The translations under genes and the position numbers were made by a program. Below are positions 12,201 to 23,957 of a stretch of DNA of 41,387 bases, piece after piece. The notes under the pieces were generated by a model. That model was not told where the DNA came from. It made no database searches and saw nothing but the letters and a program-made list of their open reading frames with translations. Each line of letters begins with the position of its first letter. Position 1 is the stretch's first letter. This DNA is from Phoronis australis (lineage: Eukaryota > Animalia > Phoronida), in contig NMRA01000790.1 in assembly GCA_002633005.1 (NCBI GenBank), forward strand, positions 102,136-143,522, in the 5' to 3' direction.

Positions 12201-14470
12201 GGACCGTTATTCACATTTAAACCAAGTTTCTTGTGGGGTTCATCCTTGTTATCTGAAACAAACTTAGCCACAGATTTTCGAAATCGTAGAACTTCGTCAT
12301 ATGAAGATGTTATGCCATAGTCATTACTTGTGGTGGAGCGTAACAGCAAGTCCAAGTGTTGTTTGATTCCGGCCTGCGCCTTCTACATGCTGTTGAATGC
12401 ATTGGGCCAGAGCCAATGACACTTTCGTAATATTGCCTCCAGAAACAAGACTAGATACTACTTTAAGAAGAGTAGCACTGGTGCTCTGGATGACCTTTTT
12501 ATGAGAGTAATTGTTAAGGTTGTAGTCGACAGGCTTAGATGTTGCATTGACTTCATTGCGAATCTTCCTCACTAGCGTCTCTATCTCATCCTCAATGCTG
12601 CCATTATTGCTCCCCTTGGTTATCTCGATAACTTTCCCAAGGGTGACTTTAAATCCAACTATGGTCTCAGAGACCTCGATGTGGATTAAAAACAAAGTGT
12701 CGCTAAAGTAGTTTGTGATTCTGGATACCAGCTGTCGTATTGTCATATTGCCTGAAGCAGCAAGGTACATAGAGTAGAGTTCCGATGTCGTCCACTTCTC
12801 TGTCTTGTTTTCAGTCAGCATCGTGATCATAGCCCTTAGGGCATCCTACTGTGACGCCATGGGGCTGTGTCTTGACAAGGGAACAGCTCGAACTTTATGG
12901 TAACACTGGACGTGGTACTGTGCGTCAGCAGCATGCAGATAAAATACGCCACAGAGTCGAACAGCTACGTCATTATCCCACTGGTCCCCTCTCTTATCAC
13001 AACTGTTCTCCAAGTGTTACTTGAACGTGATTTTAGTATCTCTGTCAAGCGTTGTGCATTGTCTCACCTGAACTCATCTTTTTGGGTTCTTCGGGTCTTT
13101 CAGCTTACATTCATTCCCACACAAGAGTCAGTCTCTCTTAAAAATAAAATTACTACACTGAGACTTCCACAACCTTTTGGTGGACCATGCTCAGTTTGCG
13201 TTGGCTTTTTTCTCTGCTCAATGGTACTACTCTTTGAAGTGTAAGAACAGTAACATTATTTGTGAGCAAGAGAGATAAAATGTTTTTGTAAAGTTCATCT
13301 TGCTTTAATTTACTGGTTGTGATAATTTTCTGCACTGCAATTGCCTTGAACATTTGTAGTTCTCCGCTGGCGTTACAGGGACTAAACGGGCACTTCCCTT
13401 CCCTCGTAGACATCTTGAACGTAAGAGAGAGTAGGGAGTCCCTACCTAAAATAAAAGAAATCACTGACAGTGTGGGCACTTGTTCAATGAATACCGACGC
13501 ATGACCAAGTCTATGAACCATAAAACATTGTAAAACACCCTTATACTTGCTAGGACTGGAAAACATTCCGTAACTTTTCGAAAACGGTTGGACACTTGCA
13601 CTGTTGATTCCACATTGATATGGTTTTTCATGGATATCCTACTTTTTAAAGAAATCAATGAAGGGCGCTTACTACAGAAGTTTTATCGGTAACGATAATA
13701 CTCAAAAATAGTTAATTATTAATCCTAATACACATTTGTGAGGCTTTCAGTCAAACAATCCACGGTATAGTATTCATGACAAACTAATATGTAGCGACCT
13801 TACCCAAACTAGTAAAACCAGACGATCCTTAAGTACACAGTCACCATCTTTTTGAACAAATTCTCAAGTGTGGTGTGAACTCAGCTTCACTGTACTTTGT
13901 AATCATTTTAAGATACAAAATTAATACAATGTATATTATAAAATTATGTCAACTAGTGAAACAAACAACAAAGTTTAGAAAACTAGATAGCTTGAAGGGA
14001 AGACAAAATCAGTTCCAATTTGCATCATAGTTTTGGTACATTGTAAACTATCAGTATCAGCCTTTTAAGAAATTACCTAAGCGTCTGTGTGTGGTAGATA
14101 ATAGGTGAAATATTGGAAAAAATGTTTACCATCGGGATTGTTAGTCATTTTTGACCTTTGACCTCTGATTTGACCTTGAAATTGACCCCGTATCAATAAG
14201 TTAATGTAAAAAATGGACTCAGCATCATAAAATATGGTAAAAATGATGTATTGCATGACCCTGTATTTCAGATATCTGAAAATTTGAAAATAGGCTGAAA
14301 TTCAAGATGGAGGATTCCGCCATCTTGAATTGCAAAAAATGCTCAAAGTTGCGCAAAGTGCAACCAAGCTAATTTTGTTCTCCTTATCACATTTACTATA
14401 TTTCAACAAAAAAGCTTTACAGTAATCAACACTGCAGGGTTTACTATGGAGGCTATTGGGCCAGCAACTA
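9214..14470 (-). mobile_element. Decayed Academ (AcademX-type) DNA transposon, only one terminus retained
   Basis: Carries the transposase-XPG-Cys-rich pseudogene. Region about 14120-14470 resembles an Academ long TIR (tgacct repeats, caagatgg...ccatcttg palindrome) and ends in ...gcaaCTA, i.e. TAG on the minus strand. No matching inverted copy near 9200-9500. Boundaries approximate. Confidence 0.75.
9548..13413 (-). pseudogene. Frameshifted Academ-type transposase fused to XPG/FEN1-like nuclease and C-terminal Cys-rich domain
   Basis: Consecutive minus-strand ORF pieces: MSTREGKC..., WVDNYD...STHAM, TVDLQL, MHTLMSFLGCIG, DQFGEQTYIRRGK, HAEAD...DDAAVFVL...HAMSDCGKGK...PPT..LHVLRAHLQ, CSCSAEGKAC...CNQYT...DDD-stop. 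Multiple stops, frameshifts and probable internal deletions. Confidence 0.85.
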
Positions 14471-14522
14471 GACAAAAACAACATGACCGCTGGACACAAA
14501 ACATGACCGCCGGTCCTCCAAA

Positions 14523-14998
14523 NNNNNNNNNNNNNNNNNNNNNNNNNNNNNNNNNNNNNNNNNNNNNNNNNNNNNNNNNNNNNNNNNNNNNNNNNNNNNN
14601 NNNNNNNNNNNNNNNNNNNNNNNNNNNNNNNNNNNNNNNNNNNNNNNNNNNNNNNNNNNNNNNNNNNNNNNNNNNNNNNNNNNNNNNNNNNNNNNNNNNN
14701 NNNNNNNNNNNNNNNNNNNNNNNNNNNNNNNNNNNNNNNNNNNNNNNNNNNNNNNNNNNNNNNNNNNNNNNNNNNNNNNNNNNNNNNNNNNNNNNNNNNN
14801 NNNNNNNNNNNNNNNNNNNNNNNNNNNNNNNNNNNNNNNNNNNNNNNNNNNNNNNNNNNNNNNNNNNNNNNNNNNNNNNNNNNNNNNNNNNNNNNNNNNN
14901 NNNNNNNNNNNNNNNNNNNNNNNNNNNNNNNNNNNNNNNNNNNNNNNNNNNNNNNNNNNNNNNNNNNNNNNNNNNNNNNNNNNNNNNNNNNNNNNNNN
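14523..14998. other. Assembly gap (476 N)
   Basis: Run of N. Left flank is a short repeat (acatgaccgc x2); right flank starts inside a tandemly duplicated unit. Confidence 1.
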
Positions 14999-17470
14999 AT
15001 TCACATATTGCTCGCTAAAAAGATCACGTTTAATAACCAAGACTATAAAATTCGTGTTTATTTGAGCTACCTATTTCCAGTTGCCATTCCTGTACGCCAC
15101 AATCCAATAATCTCTACTTGTCATTTTTCAATTTTGCAAAGGCTGATGAACTTGCTTTAAATAATTGAAACAGAAACAAATATTATTAGATGTCCTCTGT
15201 ACAAAACAAGAAAGTTAATAACTGACTATAATTGGTTGATGAATTTGAGAAATTAAGCTGCTTGTCTGCCATGTTATGTGCTAAATTCGTATGTTGTGTA
15301 TCGCAATGAACTATTGACCTACAGGTGTACTTACGGCTGACTCCGCCTTTGACTCGACTTACTGAAGTCTGACTTGCCAATTATAAACGGTTTAGCGATA
15401 ATTAAGTTAAGCTCCCACTTCTAATACAATTGGCATTGGGAGCGTGTGTCAAAATAACGAACACGGTTAAAGCATCTTAAGGTTATATTAACGGAAAAAC
15501 ATGTTTCCACCGAATGATTACGCGAAAACCGAGATATTTCGAAGACTTGTGACATTTTCTCGGCTTCGGCAAGTCAACAAAATTTGAAATTAGGAATGCG
15601 AGTTCTTCAAAACGGCTCGATGGATTTCACAGAAACTTTCCAATTTTAATAAATATGTATCATTCTCAAAAACGATGTTTAAAGTCCTAGTTTTATTGCA
15701 CTGCGCCATAGACAAAAACGATTGCTATTATTCACAAAAAATGGCTTAAGTTTTACGAGCTAATTTGGCGTAGGAAACAAACTAAATGAGTAATTGAAAA
15801 TTCTTAACAGCCTTGATTAAAGGTATCGGTAAATTTTCGTTTAAACGAGGTTTCATTGAAATCGGCAATGTGGTGTTTGGGGTACCTTTGTTAAAAATGA
15901 AATTTTGATTTAAAAATAAGTATCCCAGATATTTCTATTTATCGATTGGGCTGGTCAACCATAAAAACATACATTTTTCATATCGCTTCAGTGTCTTTGT
16001 TTTGTTTCATTTACCGACAAAATATTAAAACATATAACCATAAGACCAATTCGTCCTTTCCAATGATACAGTTCACATAGACAACTGACATCTGCAAAAT
16101 AAAGAAAAAATAATTAACTCTCGTGTACATGTAGTTTCCTGCTAACTGCGCGATTCGTCTTAGCGAGTCATCATCGCGAAATATGTAATTTGTGCGTTTT
16201 CAAAACATCGGCACATTTACGCGAAGTCCCATGTGCTCACACAACAAGCAAAGATAGCCAAGTTTTTCAGCCGTCCATTAGTATATTTTCAAAATAAATT
16301 TCCAAATAGGACATAATCAAATTTTGGTATAAAAAGTTAAATTTTCGTAGTGATATTCATGATGACGCAAAGTCCGTTTAATCGTCTTTGCAATGCAAGT
16401 CTTTGTATTTTAATGTTATTCATGGTGCGAATGCTCGGCTGAGAATGTGCTTGCTAGCTCTACTTGAAACAAAAAAGCAACAACATCATCGCTGCTGATG
16501 ACACTGACGATTTCTACTCCAATGATATCGATTGCTAACAAGGGATTTTTTGATCATTTATTAATTAATACAATAGTACTTGAACGTGAAGTTGGCGAGA
16601 TGAACAAGTCGGACTGATGTTGATACACACGGAAAAGCATCAACGGAAATATTGTTCGTGAAACAGGACCCGTAGTCAATTTCAGGAGACGGCGGTGAAG
16701 ATTAAATCAATTCTCAATAATATTTACTCATTCTGCTTCTATTGATGATGACAAACAAGGCTAACCAGGCACCCTGGTATTTCATCTAGCGACTGCTAGC
16801 GGTAGTGGAACTTATGAACTTCTCTCTGTGGCTTTTTATATCATACAGGAGTGCACATATGTGGGGATGAGCCCAAAACCTCAGTATTCAACAAAGATTA
16901 ATTTATTGTAGTATTTCTTGAAACTTTTAACTCATTTCTTTTCTGATTCATGATTTCACGGTAAATGTTTACGACTCTTGTTTTGTGTTTTTGTTCAAAC
17001 CTTCACTTTCACGTTTATGTTTTCGATTACTTGCAGAATGACTTCATTCTGTGTGATATTATCAAGACTAAACACTAACAGATGATTTCATAAAGGTGGT
17101 TTAAAGTTAAACCTGGTTTAAACTGGACTTAGACCAGGTTTAAAGATAAACTGCATTTCATAAAGATGGTTTAACTTTTAGACCAGTGGTCTAGTGAAAC
17201 CTGGTTCAACTCCAGTTTAGACCTGGTCTAGGTCAGTTTTTATTTCACCAACGAGGTCTATATTCTTTAGACCTGTATTAAGATCTCAAACCATGTTTAA
17301 CTTTAGACTTGGTCAGACCCAGGTTTAACTATTAAATATGTCAGACTTGCATCCATGGTATAGGTACAACTGAATGATGCCACGGAGAGCATTTGCAACG
17401 GTTTTAGAGCGAAAATGGACTACCGGTATTTTCAATATTCAGTTTTACTATGACACAAGATCAAACGAAG

Positions 17471-17616
17471 CTGGGGCAGATCTAAGATGGGGGGACTGTC
17501 AAGGACTTTTTGAAAGGGGGGCAAGTCAACAATTTGAAAATTATAGATTTGATATCTCTAAAATCAAGGGAAAAAATGGGACTTCGGACCCCTTGAGCCC
17601 CGTGGATCCGCTTATG
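17471..17616. mobile_element. Small degenerate MITE nested in the Harbinger element
   Basis: Ends ctggggcagatcta ... tggatccgcttatg are imperfect inverted repeats of the common caggggcggatcca type, with G-rich and C-rich subtermini. Confidence 0.4.
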
Positions 17617-17739
17617 CGTAGACCAGTATTTGCTGGAGTGTGTCCTGCGGATTTCTCAGAATACGACTGGTCGAGCAGGGCGTCATCGTCGTAAGCGCTA
17701 CGGATTTGACTACAGACAGCATCTTCTGATTCTTCTGAC

Positions 17740-18535
17740 TTATTTTTTTATGTAATATTTACAATGAGGGTAGCCCCATCAGTTCACACTGCTTTCCATG
17801 AGGGCCCTCAATAAAAATAAACAGAAAGTAAGACAAAACAGAATTACACAATGAAAGACAAATTTAAGTAATAAGCAAAGAATTAGAAATTAACATGGAA
17901 AGACTGATGAAGCAAAATAAAAATAAAATTTGATAAATAAAAGATAAAGAAATTAAGACAAGATAATTAACTAAAAAATAAAAAAATATAAATATAAATA
18001 TAAAAAATTAAAACAGACAATAAATAATTAATAAAAGTAAGACATTATATATTAAATAACAAATGAATTAACATGCAATTTAGACACTACATGGAGTTAA
18101 ATCTATTTCTTATAATCCTTTTGAAAGTTAGAAAGGATGATGTAGATTTGGCATCTGCGGGGAAAGAGTTCCATAAAAAGGGCCCGCTGTAGGAAAATGA
18201 TTTTTCCCAGTCTCGCTTCTGCGTTTAGGAAGATTGAAATCAGATGATGATGAGGACCTAGTATTGTAGCGATTAGTAGTCATCTTAAACTTAGCACATA
18301 AATAAGATGGGACAAGGCCTTTAAAACATTTGTACATACAACAAGCAGATAGGAATTGATGTCTTGTGTGAATTTTCATTATAACTGTCTCTTTATGACG
18401 GTTTTCGATACTAATATCTCTAACACCAACTCCCAGAATAATCCGGGCAGCCCAATTTTGGATAAACTGGATGGATTCCATATCCTTGCCTGATGCAACA
18501 CCCCACACCAGGAGGCAATAATCTAGGTGAGTTCC
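17740..18535 (-). mobile_element. 3' end of an L2/Crack-type LINE
   Basis: THLDYCLLVWG...IQFIQNWAARIILG...MYKCFKGLVPSYL...RYNTRS...LPK..SETGK is the ORF2 C-terminus, followed by a T-rich 3' UTR and the tail gagggcctcatggaaagcag..actgatggggctaccctc. Confidence 0.88.
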
Positions 18536-19448
18536 ACCTCCACTGTTCTCCGATATAATGTTGCCAGGAAGGGGTCTTGCCCCCCCGCTTTGGCCGCGGA
18601 AAATAAACACTAAAATGACAAGGAAATAAATTTGGGCATGTAACATGTTACATTTAATCGGGAGCGTGTTCTTTAATGTTTGTGTGTTGGTTACAGAAAT
18701 TACAGTTTTCCTCATGAGAAAAGCTTTTAGATGTTTTTTGTAAATGTCTGCACTGATTCTACTCCTGTATGCCATTGTATACCCACGTGATCAAGGTTTC
18801 ATTGAAGCACTTCAATAGTTTCTTTGTTGGGTTTACCCAGCTCGACACAGTGAGGTGCCTTTGATACTTTAAACCTGGTTTTACTGAACCAGCTCCCTGG
18901 TCTAGCAAAACCAGGCTTTCAGACTCTTAAACCAGGTTGGTGAAATGCAAGTCAGGTCTAAAATTAGTTCAGGTTTAGGAAGACCAGGTTTAAGTCTAAA
19001 ACCTGGTTTTGTTAAACCACCTTTATGAAATCGGCTGTAAAAGTTTTGTGCAGTTTTATTGTATCTTTTTACTTCTAAGATATTAAGTCTTGTAATTTTT
19101 GCTGGTTTTCAAAAAATATTATCATTATGCCAATTTGGGTCCGAAGCGATTCCAGATAAACATTTTCAAAATTTCCTGAAGTCTCATTGGTCAGAAAAAA
19201 TAGGATGATTCTAGAGGTAAAATATTCAATTTAAAATTGAACTAAAACATTTTTTCCAACTTGATTATTTATTAATGATTAATTAAAAAGATGCTTCTGG
19301 GCCGAAGTTGATCAATCGCCCATCGGTCTCGGTCGGTACGCGGAATAATGTCTCTTGGGATATTACTTCATGTACGCCACTCTCGATTGTTTTTGTCTTG
19401 ATATTTCATTGGCTATGTGCAAGGATGTCTTTTATATAACTTTTACAG

Positions 19449-19496
19449 CCAAACCTACAGCACACTCTGTGACTAGAGCAACCCGTAAAGATACGA
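19449..19496 (+). CDS. Stalk microexon A1 (48 nt): (A)KPTAHSVTRATRKDT
   Basis: ttttacAG ... GTAAGT; 48 nt, phase 1-1, open frame, Thr/Ser/Pro-rich; three paralogues keep the same length and splice sites. Confidence 0.75.
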
Positions 19497-22400
19497 GTAA
19501 GTTTGAATTACAGTTTTATTCTATCATACCGCACTCGTCCGAGTCTGTGCTCAGCTGAAAGGTGATTAGCTGAAGATGAGCGTTAATCAGGACGAGTAGG
19601 GTATAGTCACAGTGTTGACATGTTAACAGCGGCCTTCTTGTTTTACTTTATTCAGACATGCTCTTGATGTGATTTCTGATTCAACTATCTTTCTCTTTAC
19701 CAGAGAAATCTGATTGCAATTTGGGAAACAACTATGGGTTGTAAATTGCTGCCAATGCTCAGGTTTCCAATCGATCTTGTTTTTGGCAAGAGAGTTTGTG
19801 TCGGAGGATTACTGGATTAGATTACATTCCAATGCCTAAAAATTCGAATTCCATCAAGGAAACATGTCGATTTTCAGTAAAAAGTTCATTTTGTTTACCG
19901 TTTCATGTATTATACAAAGGGCACTTCTGTTATTCGTGTCCTATACAATGTCTCAACATACGCGGTTCCTAAAATAGAAAATGACATTGTCAAAATTTAT
20001 TGAATGACCTCACTCAGCTCTAGAAGATTCCATTACCTGCCTAAGCACTCAAATTTTGACAGATATCCTTCAAATCTAAACCGCTTCTCTTCATTGCAAT
20101 TGAATTTAAGGGTCCAAGTTTTAACGCCGGCTAATCTGCTGGACCGTTTATAATCATCATCATCATTTATTGTACATCGTAGGCTTTACCTACTCATACA
20201 CAAAGTATTCTTCTCTAATAAGCTCTTAAACAATTCACATATTGCTCGCTATAAAGATCACGTTCAATAAGACTATAAAATTCGTGTTTATTTGAGCTAC
20301 CTATTTCCAGTTGCCATTCCTGAACGCCACAATCCAATAATCTCTACTTGTCATTTTTCAATTTTGCAAAGGCTGATGAACTTGCTTTAAATAATTGAAA
20401 CAGAACCAAAGATTATTTTATGACATCTGTACAGAACAAGAAAGTTAATAACTGACTATAATTGGTTGATGAATTTGAGAAATTAAGCTGCTTGTCTGCC
20501 ATGTTATGTTCTAAATTCGTATTTTGTGTATCGCAATGAACTATTGACTCCGCCTTTGACTCGACTTACTGAAGTCTGACTTGCCAATTATAAACGGTTT
20601 AGCGATAATTAAGTTAAGCTCCCACTTCTAATACAATTGGCATTGGGAGCGTGTGTCAAAATAACGAACACGGTTAAAGCATCGTAAGGTTATATTAACG
20701 GAAAAACATGTTTCCACCGAATGATTACGCGAAAACCGAGATATTTCGAAGACTTGTGACATTTTCTCGGCTTCGGCAAATCAACAAAATTTGAAATTAG
20801 GAATGCGAGTTCTTCAAAACGGCTCGATGGATTTCACAGAAACTTTACAATTTTAATGAATGTGTATCATTCTCAAAAACGATGTTTAAATCCTAGTTTT
20901 ATTGTACTGCGCCATAGACAAAAAAGATTGCTATTTTTCACAAAAAAATGGCTTAGGTTTTACGAGCTACTTTGGCGTAGGAAACAAACTAAATGAGTAA
21001 TTGAAAATTCTTAACAGCCTTGATTAAAGGTATCCGATTATTATTCGGTAAATTTTCGTTTAAACGAGGTTTCATTGAAATCGGCAATGCGGTGTTTGGG
21101 GTACCTTTGTTAAAAATGAAACTTTGATTTAAAAACAAGTATCCCAGATATTTCTATTGATCGATTGGGCTGGTCAACCACAAAATCATACATTTTTCAT
21201 ATCGCTTCACTGTCTTTGTTTTGTTTCATTTACCGACAAAATATTAAAACATATAACCAGAAGACCAATTCGTCCTTTCCAATGATACAGTTCACATAGA
21301 CAACTGACATCTGCAAAATAAAGAAAAAAATAATTAACTCTCGTGTACATGTAGTTTCCTGCTAACTGCGCGATTCGTCTTAGCGAGTCATCATCGCGAA
21401 ATATGTAATTTTTGCGTTTTCAAAACATCGGCACCTTTACGCGAAGTCCCATGTGCTCACACAACAAACAAAGATAGCCAAGTTTTTCAGCCGTCCATTA
21501 GTATATTTTTCAAAATAAATTTCCAAATAGGACATAATCAAATTTTGGTATAAAAAGTTAAATTTTCGTAGTGATATTCATGATGACGCAAAGTCCGTTT
21601 AATCGTCTTTGCAATGCAAGTCTTTGTAATTTAATGTTATTCATGGTGCGAATGCTCGGCTGAGAATATGCTTGCTAGCTCTACTTGAAACAAAAAAGCA
21701 ACAACATCATCGCTGCTGATGACACTGACGATTTCTACTCCAATGATATCGATTGCTAACAAGTGATTTTTTGATCATTTATTAATGAATACAATAGTAC
21801 TTGAACGTGAAGTTGGCGAGATGAACAAGTCAGACTGATGTTGATACACACGGAAAAGCATCAACGGAAATATTTTTCGTGAAACAGGACCCGTAGTCAA
21901 TTTCAGGAGACGGCGGTGAAGATTAAATCAATTCTCAATAATATTTACTCATTCTGCTTCTATTGATGATGACAAACAAGGCTAACCAGGCACCCTGGTA
22001 TTTCATCTACCGACTGCTAGCGGAAGTGGAACTTATGACCTTCTCTCTGTGGCTTTTTATATCATACAGGAGTGCAAATATGTGGGGATGAGCCCAAAAC
22101 CTCAGTATTCAACAAAGATTAATTTATTGTACATGTAGTCTTTCTTGAAACTTTTAACTCATTTCTTTTCTGATTCATGATTTCACGGTAAATGTTTACG
22201 ACTCTTGTTTTGTGTTTTTGTTCAAACCTTCACTTTCACGTTTATGTTTTCGATTACTTGCAGAATGACTTCATTCTGTGTGATATTATAAAGACTAAAC
22301 ACTAAAAGTTTTGTGCAGTTTTACTGTACCTTTTTACTTCTAAGATTTTAAGTCTTGTAATTTTTGCTGGTTTTCAAAAAATATCATTATGCCAATTTGG

Positions 22401-22699
22401 GTCCGAAGCGATTCCAGATAAACATTTTCAAAATTTCCTGAAGTCTCATTGGTCAGAAAAAATAGGATGATTCTAGAGGTAAAATATTCAATTTAAACTT
22501 GAACAAAAACATTTTTTCCAACTTGATTATTTATTAATGATTAAGTTAAGATGCTTCTGGGCCAAAGTTGATCAATCGCCCTTCGGTCTCGGTCGGTACG
22601 CGGAATAATGTTTCTTGGGATATTACTTCATGTACGCCGCTCTCGGTTGTTTTTGCCTATTGGCTACGTGCAAGGATGTCTTTTATGTAACTTTTACAG

Positions 22700-22747
22700 C
22701 CAAACCTACAGCACACTCTGTGACTAGAGCAACCCGTAAAGATACGA
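22700..22747 (+). CDS. Stalk microexon A2 (48 nt), identical to A1
   Basis: cttttacAG ... GTAAGT; lies in a tandem duplicate of the A1 unit. Confidence 0.72.
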
Positions 22748-23411
22748 GTAAGTTTGAATTACAGTTTTATTGTATCATACCGCACTCGTCAGAGTCGGTG
22801 CTCAGCTGAAAGGTGATTAGCTGAAGATGAGCGTTAATCAGGACGAGTAGGGTATGGTCACAATGTTGACATGTTTCCAGCGGCCATCTTGTTTTACTCT
22901 ATTCAGACATGCTCTTGAAATGATTTCTGATTCAACTACCTTTCTCTTTACCAGAGAAATCTGATTGCAGTTTGGGAAACAACTATGGGTTGTAAATTGC
23001 TGCCAATGCTCAGGTTTCCAATCGATCTTGTTTTTGGTAAGAGAGTTTGTGTCGGAAGATTACTGGATTAGATTACATTCCAATGCCTAAAAATTCGAAT
23101 TCCATCAAGGAAACATGTCGATTTTCTGTAAAAATTAAATTTTGTTTACCGTTCCATGTATTATACAAAGGGCACTTCTGTTAATTATTCATGTCCTATA
23201 CAATGTCTCAACATACGCGGTTCCTAAAATAGAAAATGACATTGTCAGAATTTATTGAATGATCTCACTCAGCTCTAGCAGATTCCATTACCTGCCTAAG
23301 TACTCAAATTTTGACAGATATCCTTCAAATCTAAACCGCTTCTCTTCATTGCAATTGAGTTGAAGGGTCCAAATTTTAACGCCGGCTAATCTATCTGCCC
23401 GACCGTTTATA

Positions 23412-23957
23412 ATTATCATCATCATTTATTGTACATCGTAGGCTTTACCTACTCTAACAAAAATACATACATGAAAATTCAAATGCTACATTAATAGTAT
23501 TTACACGGAGAGCAGCTCTTCTCTTAGAGCCATAACCTTCTGAATATACAATGCAAGGCGCTGGATACTGTCATGGTAATTCTGTTGAAACAACCTAACA
23601 AGAGAATAGTTACCATTCACAAGCTCTGGTAGAAGTTTTCTTCTAAGGTCTCCAAGAACAAGGCATGAACACATGAAATGAGGCTGTTCTTCAATTTCAC
23701 CCAGACAGCATATGCCGCATATTCTCTCACTTCTAGGAATACCCATATGCCTCCCTTTCTCTATATTAAGTGAGTGACCTGAACATCGAAATTGCGCAGG
23801 TATTCTTCTCTAATAAGCGCTTAAACAATTCACATATTGCTCGCTAAAAAGATCACTTTTAATAAGACTATAAAATTCGTATTTAATTGAGCTACCTATT
23901 TCCAGTTGCCATTCCTGTACGCCACAATCCAATAACCTCTACTTGATTACCATAATA
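23412..23957 (-). mobile_element. 5'-truncated LINE with C-terminal CCHC region, (TGA)n tail and 10-bp TSD
   Basis: Minus-strand translation LLDCGVQEW...EQYVN...AQFRCSGHSLNIEKGRHMGIPRSERICGIC..EIEEQPHFMCSC; tail aataaatgatgatgat; TSD accgtttata at 23402-23411 and 23958-23967; empty site atcgtttgta at 33276-33285. Confidence 0.88.

Larger units (their letters stand above)
17079..19037. mobile_element. Non-autonomous PIF/Harbinger-type element with nested insertions
   Basis: TIR cagatgatttcataaaggtggtttaa versus the reverse complement of the right end cagccgatttcataaaggtggtttaa. TAA TSD at 17076-17078 and 19038-19040; empty site in unit II (aacactaaaagttttg, about 22298-22313); subterminal (a/g)acctggt(t/c)ta repeats. 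Confidence 0.9.
14999..23827 (+). repeat. Tandem duplication: unit I 14999-20232, unit II 20233-23827 (each: LINE piece, V-C2 intron copy, exon A)
   Basis: attcacatattgctcgcta recurs at 14999, 20233 and 23828. Units are colinear and highly similar apart from the Harbinger insertion in unit I and a roughly 350-bp LINE deletion in unit I. Confidence 0.92.

Noticed and set aside
14446-15040. Two 190-aa ORFs
   Set aside because: Artefacts of translating through the N gap.
18128-18775. 215-aa minus-strand ORF as a gene
   Set aside because: Chimera: only the part from THLDYC onward is LINE ORF2; the N-terminal part is unrelated Harbinger-internal sequence.
19608-19614. CACAGTG heptamers suggesting RAG-type V(D)J signals near the exon array
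   Set aside because: No ACAAAAACC nonamer at 12 or 23 bp, not conserved in paralogous copies (cacaatg, cagagtg, cacgctg), and none flanks the V exon.
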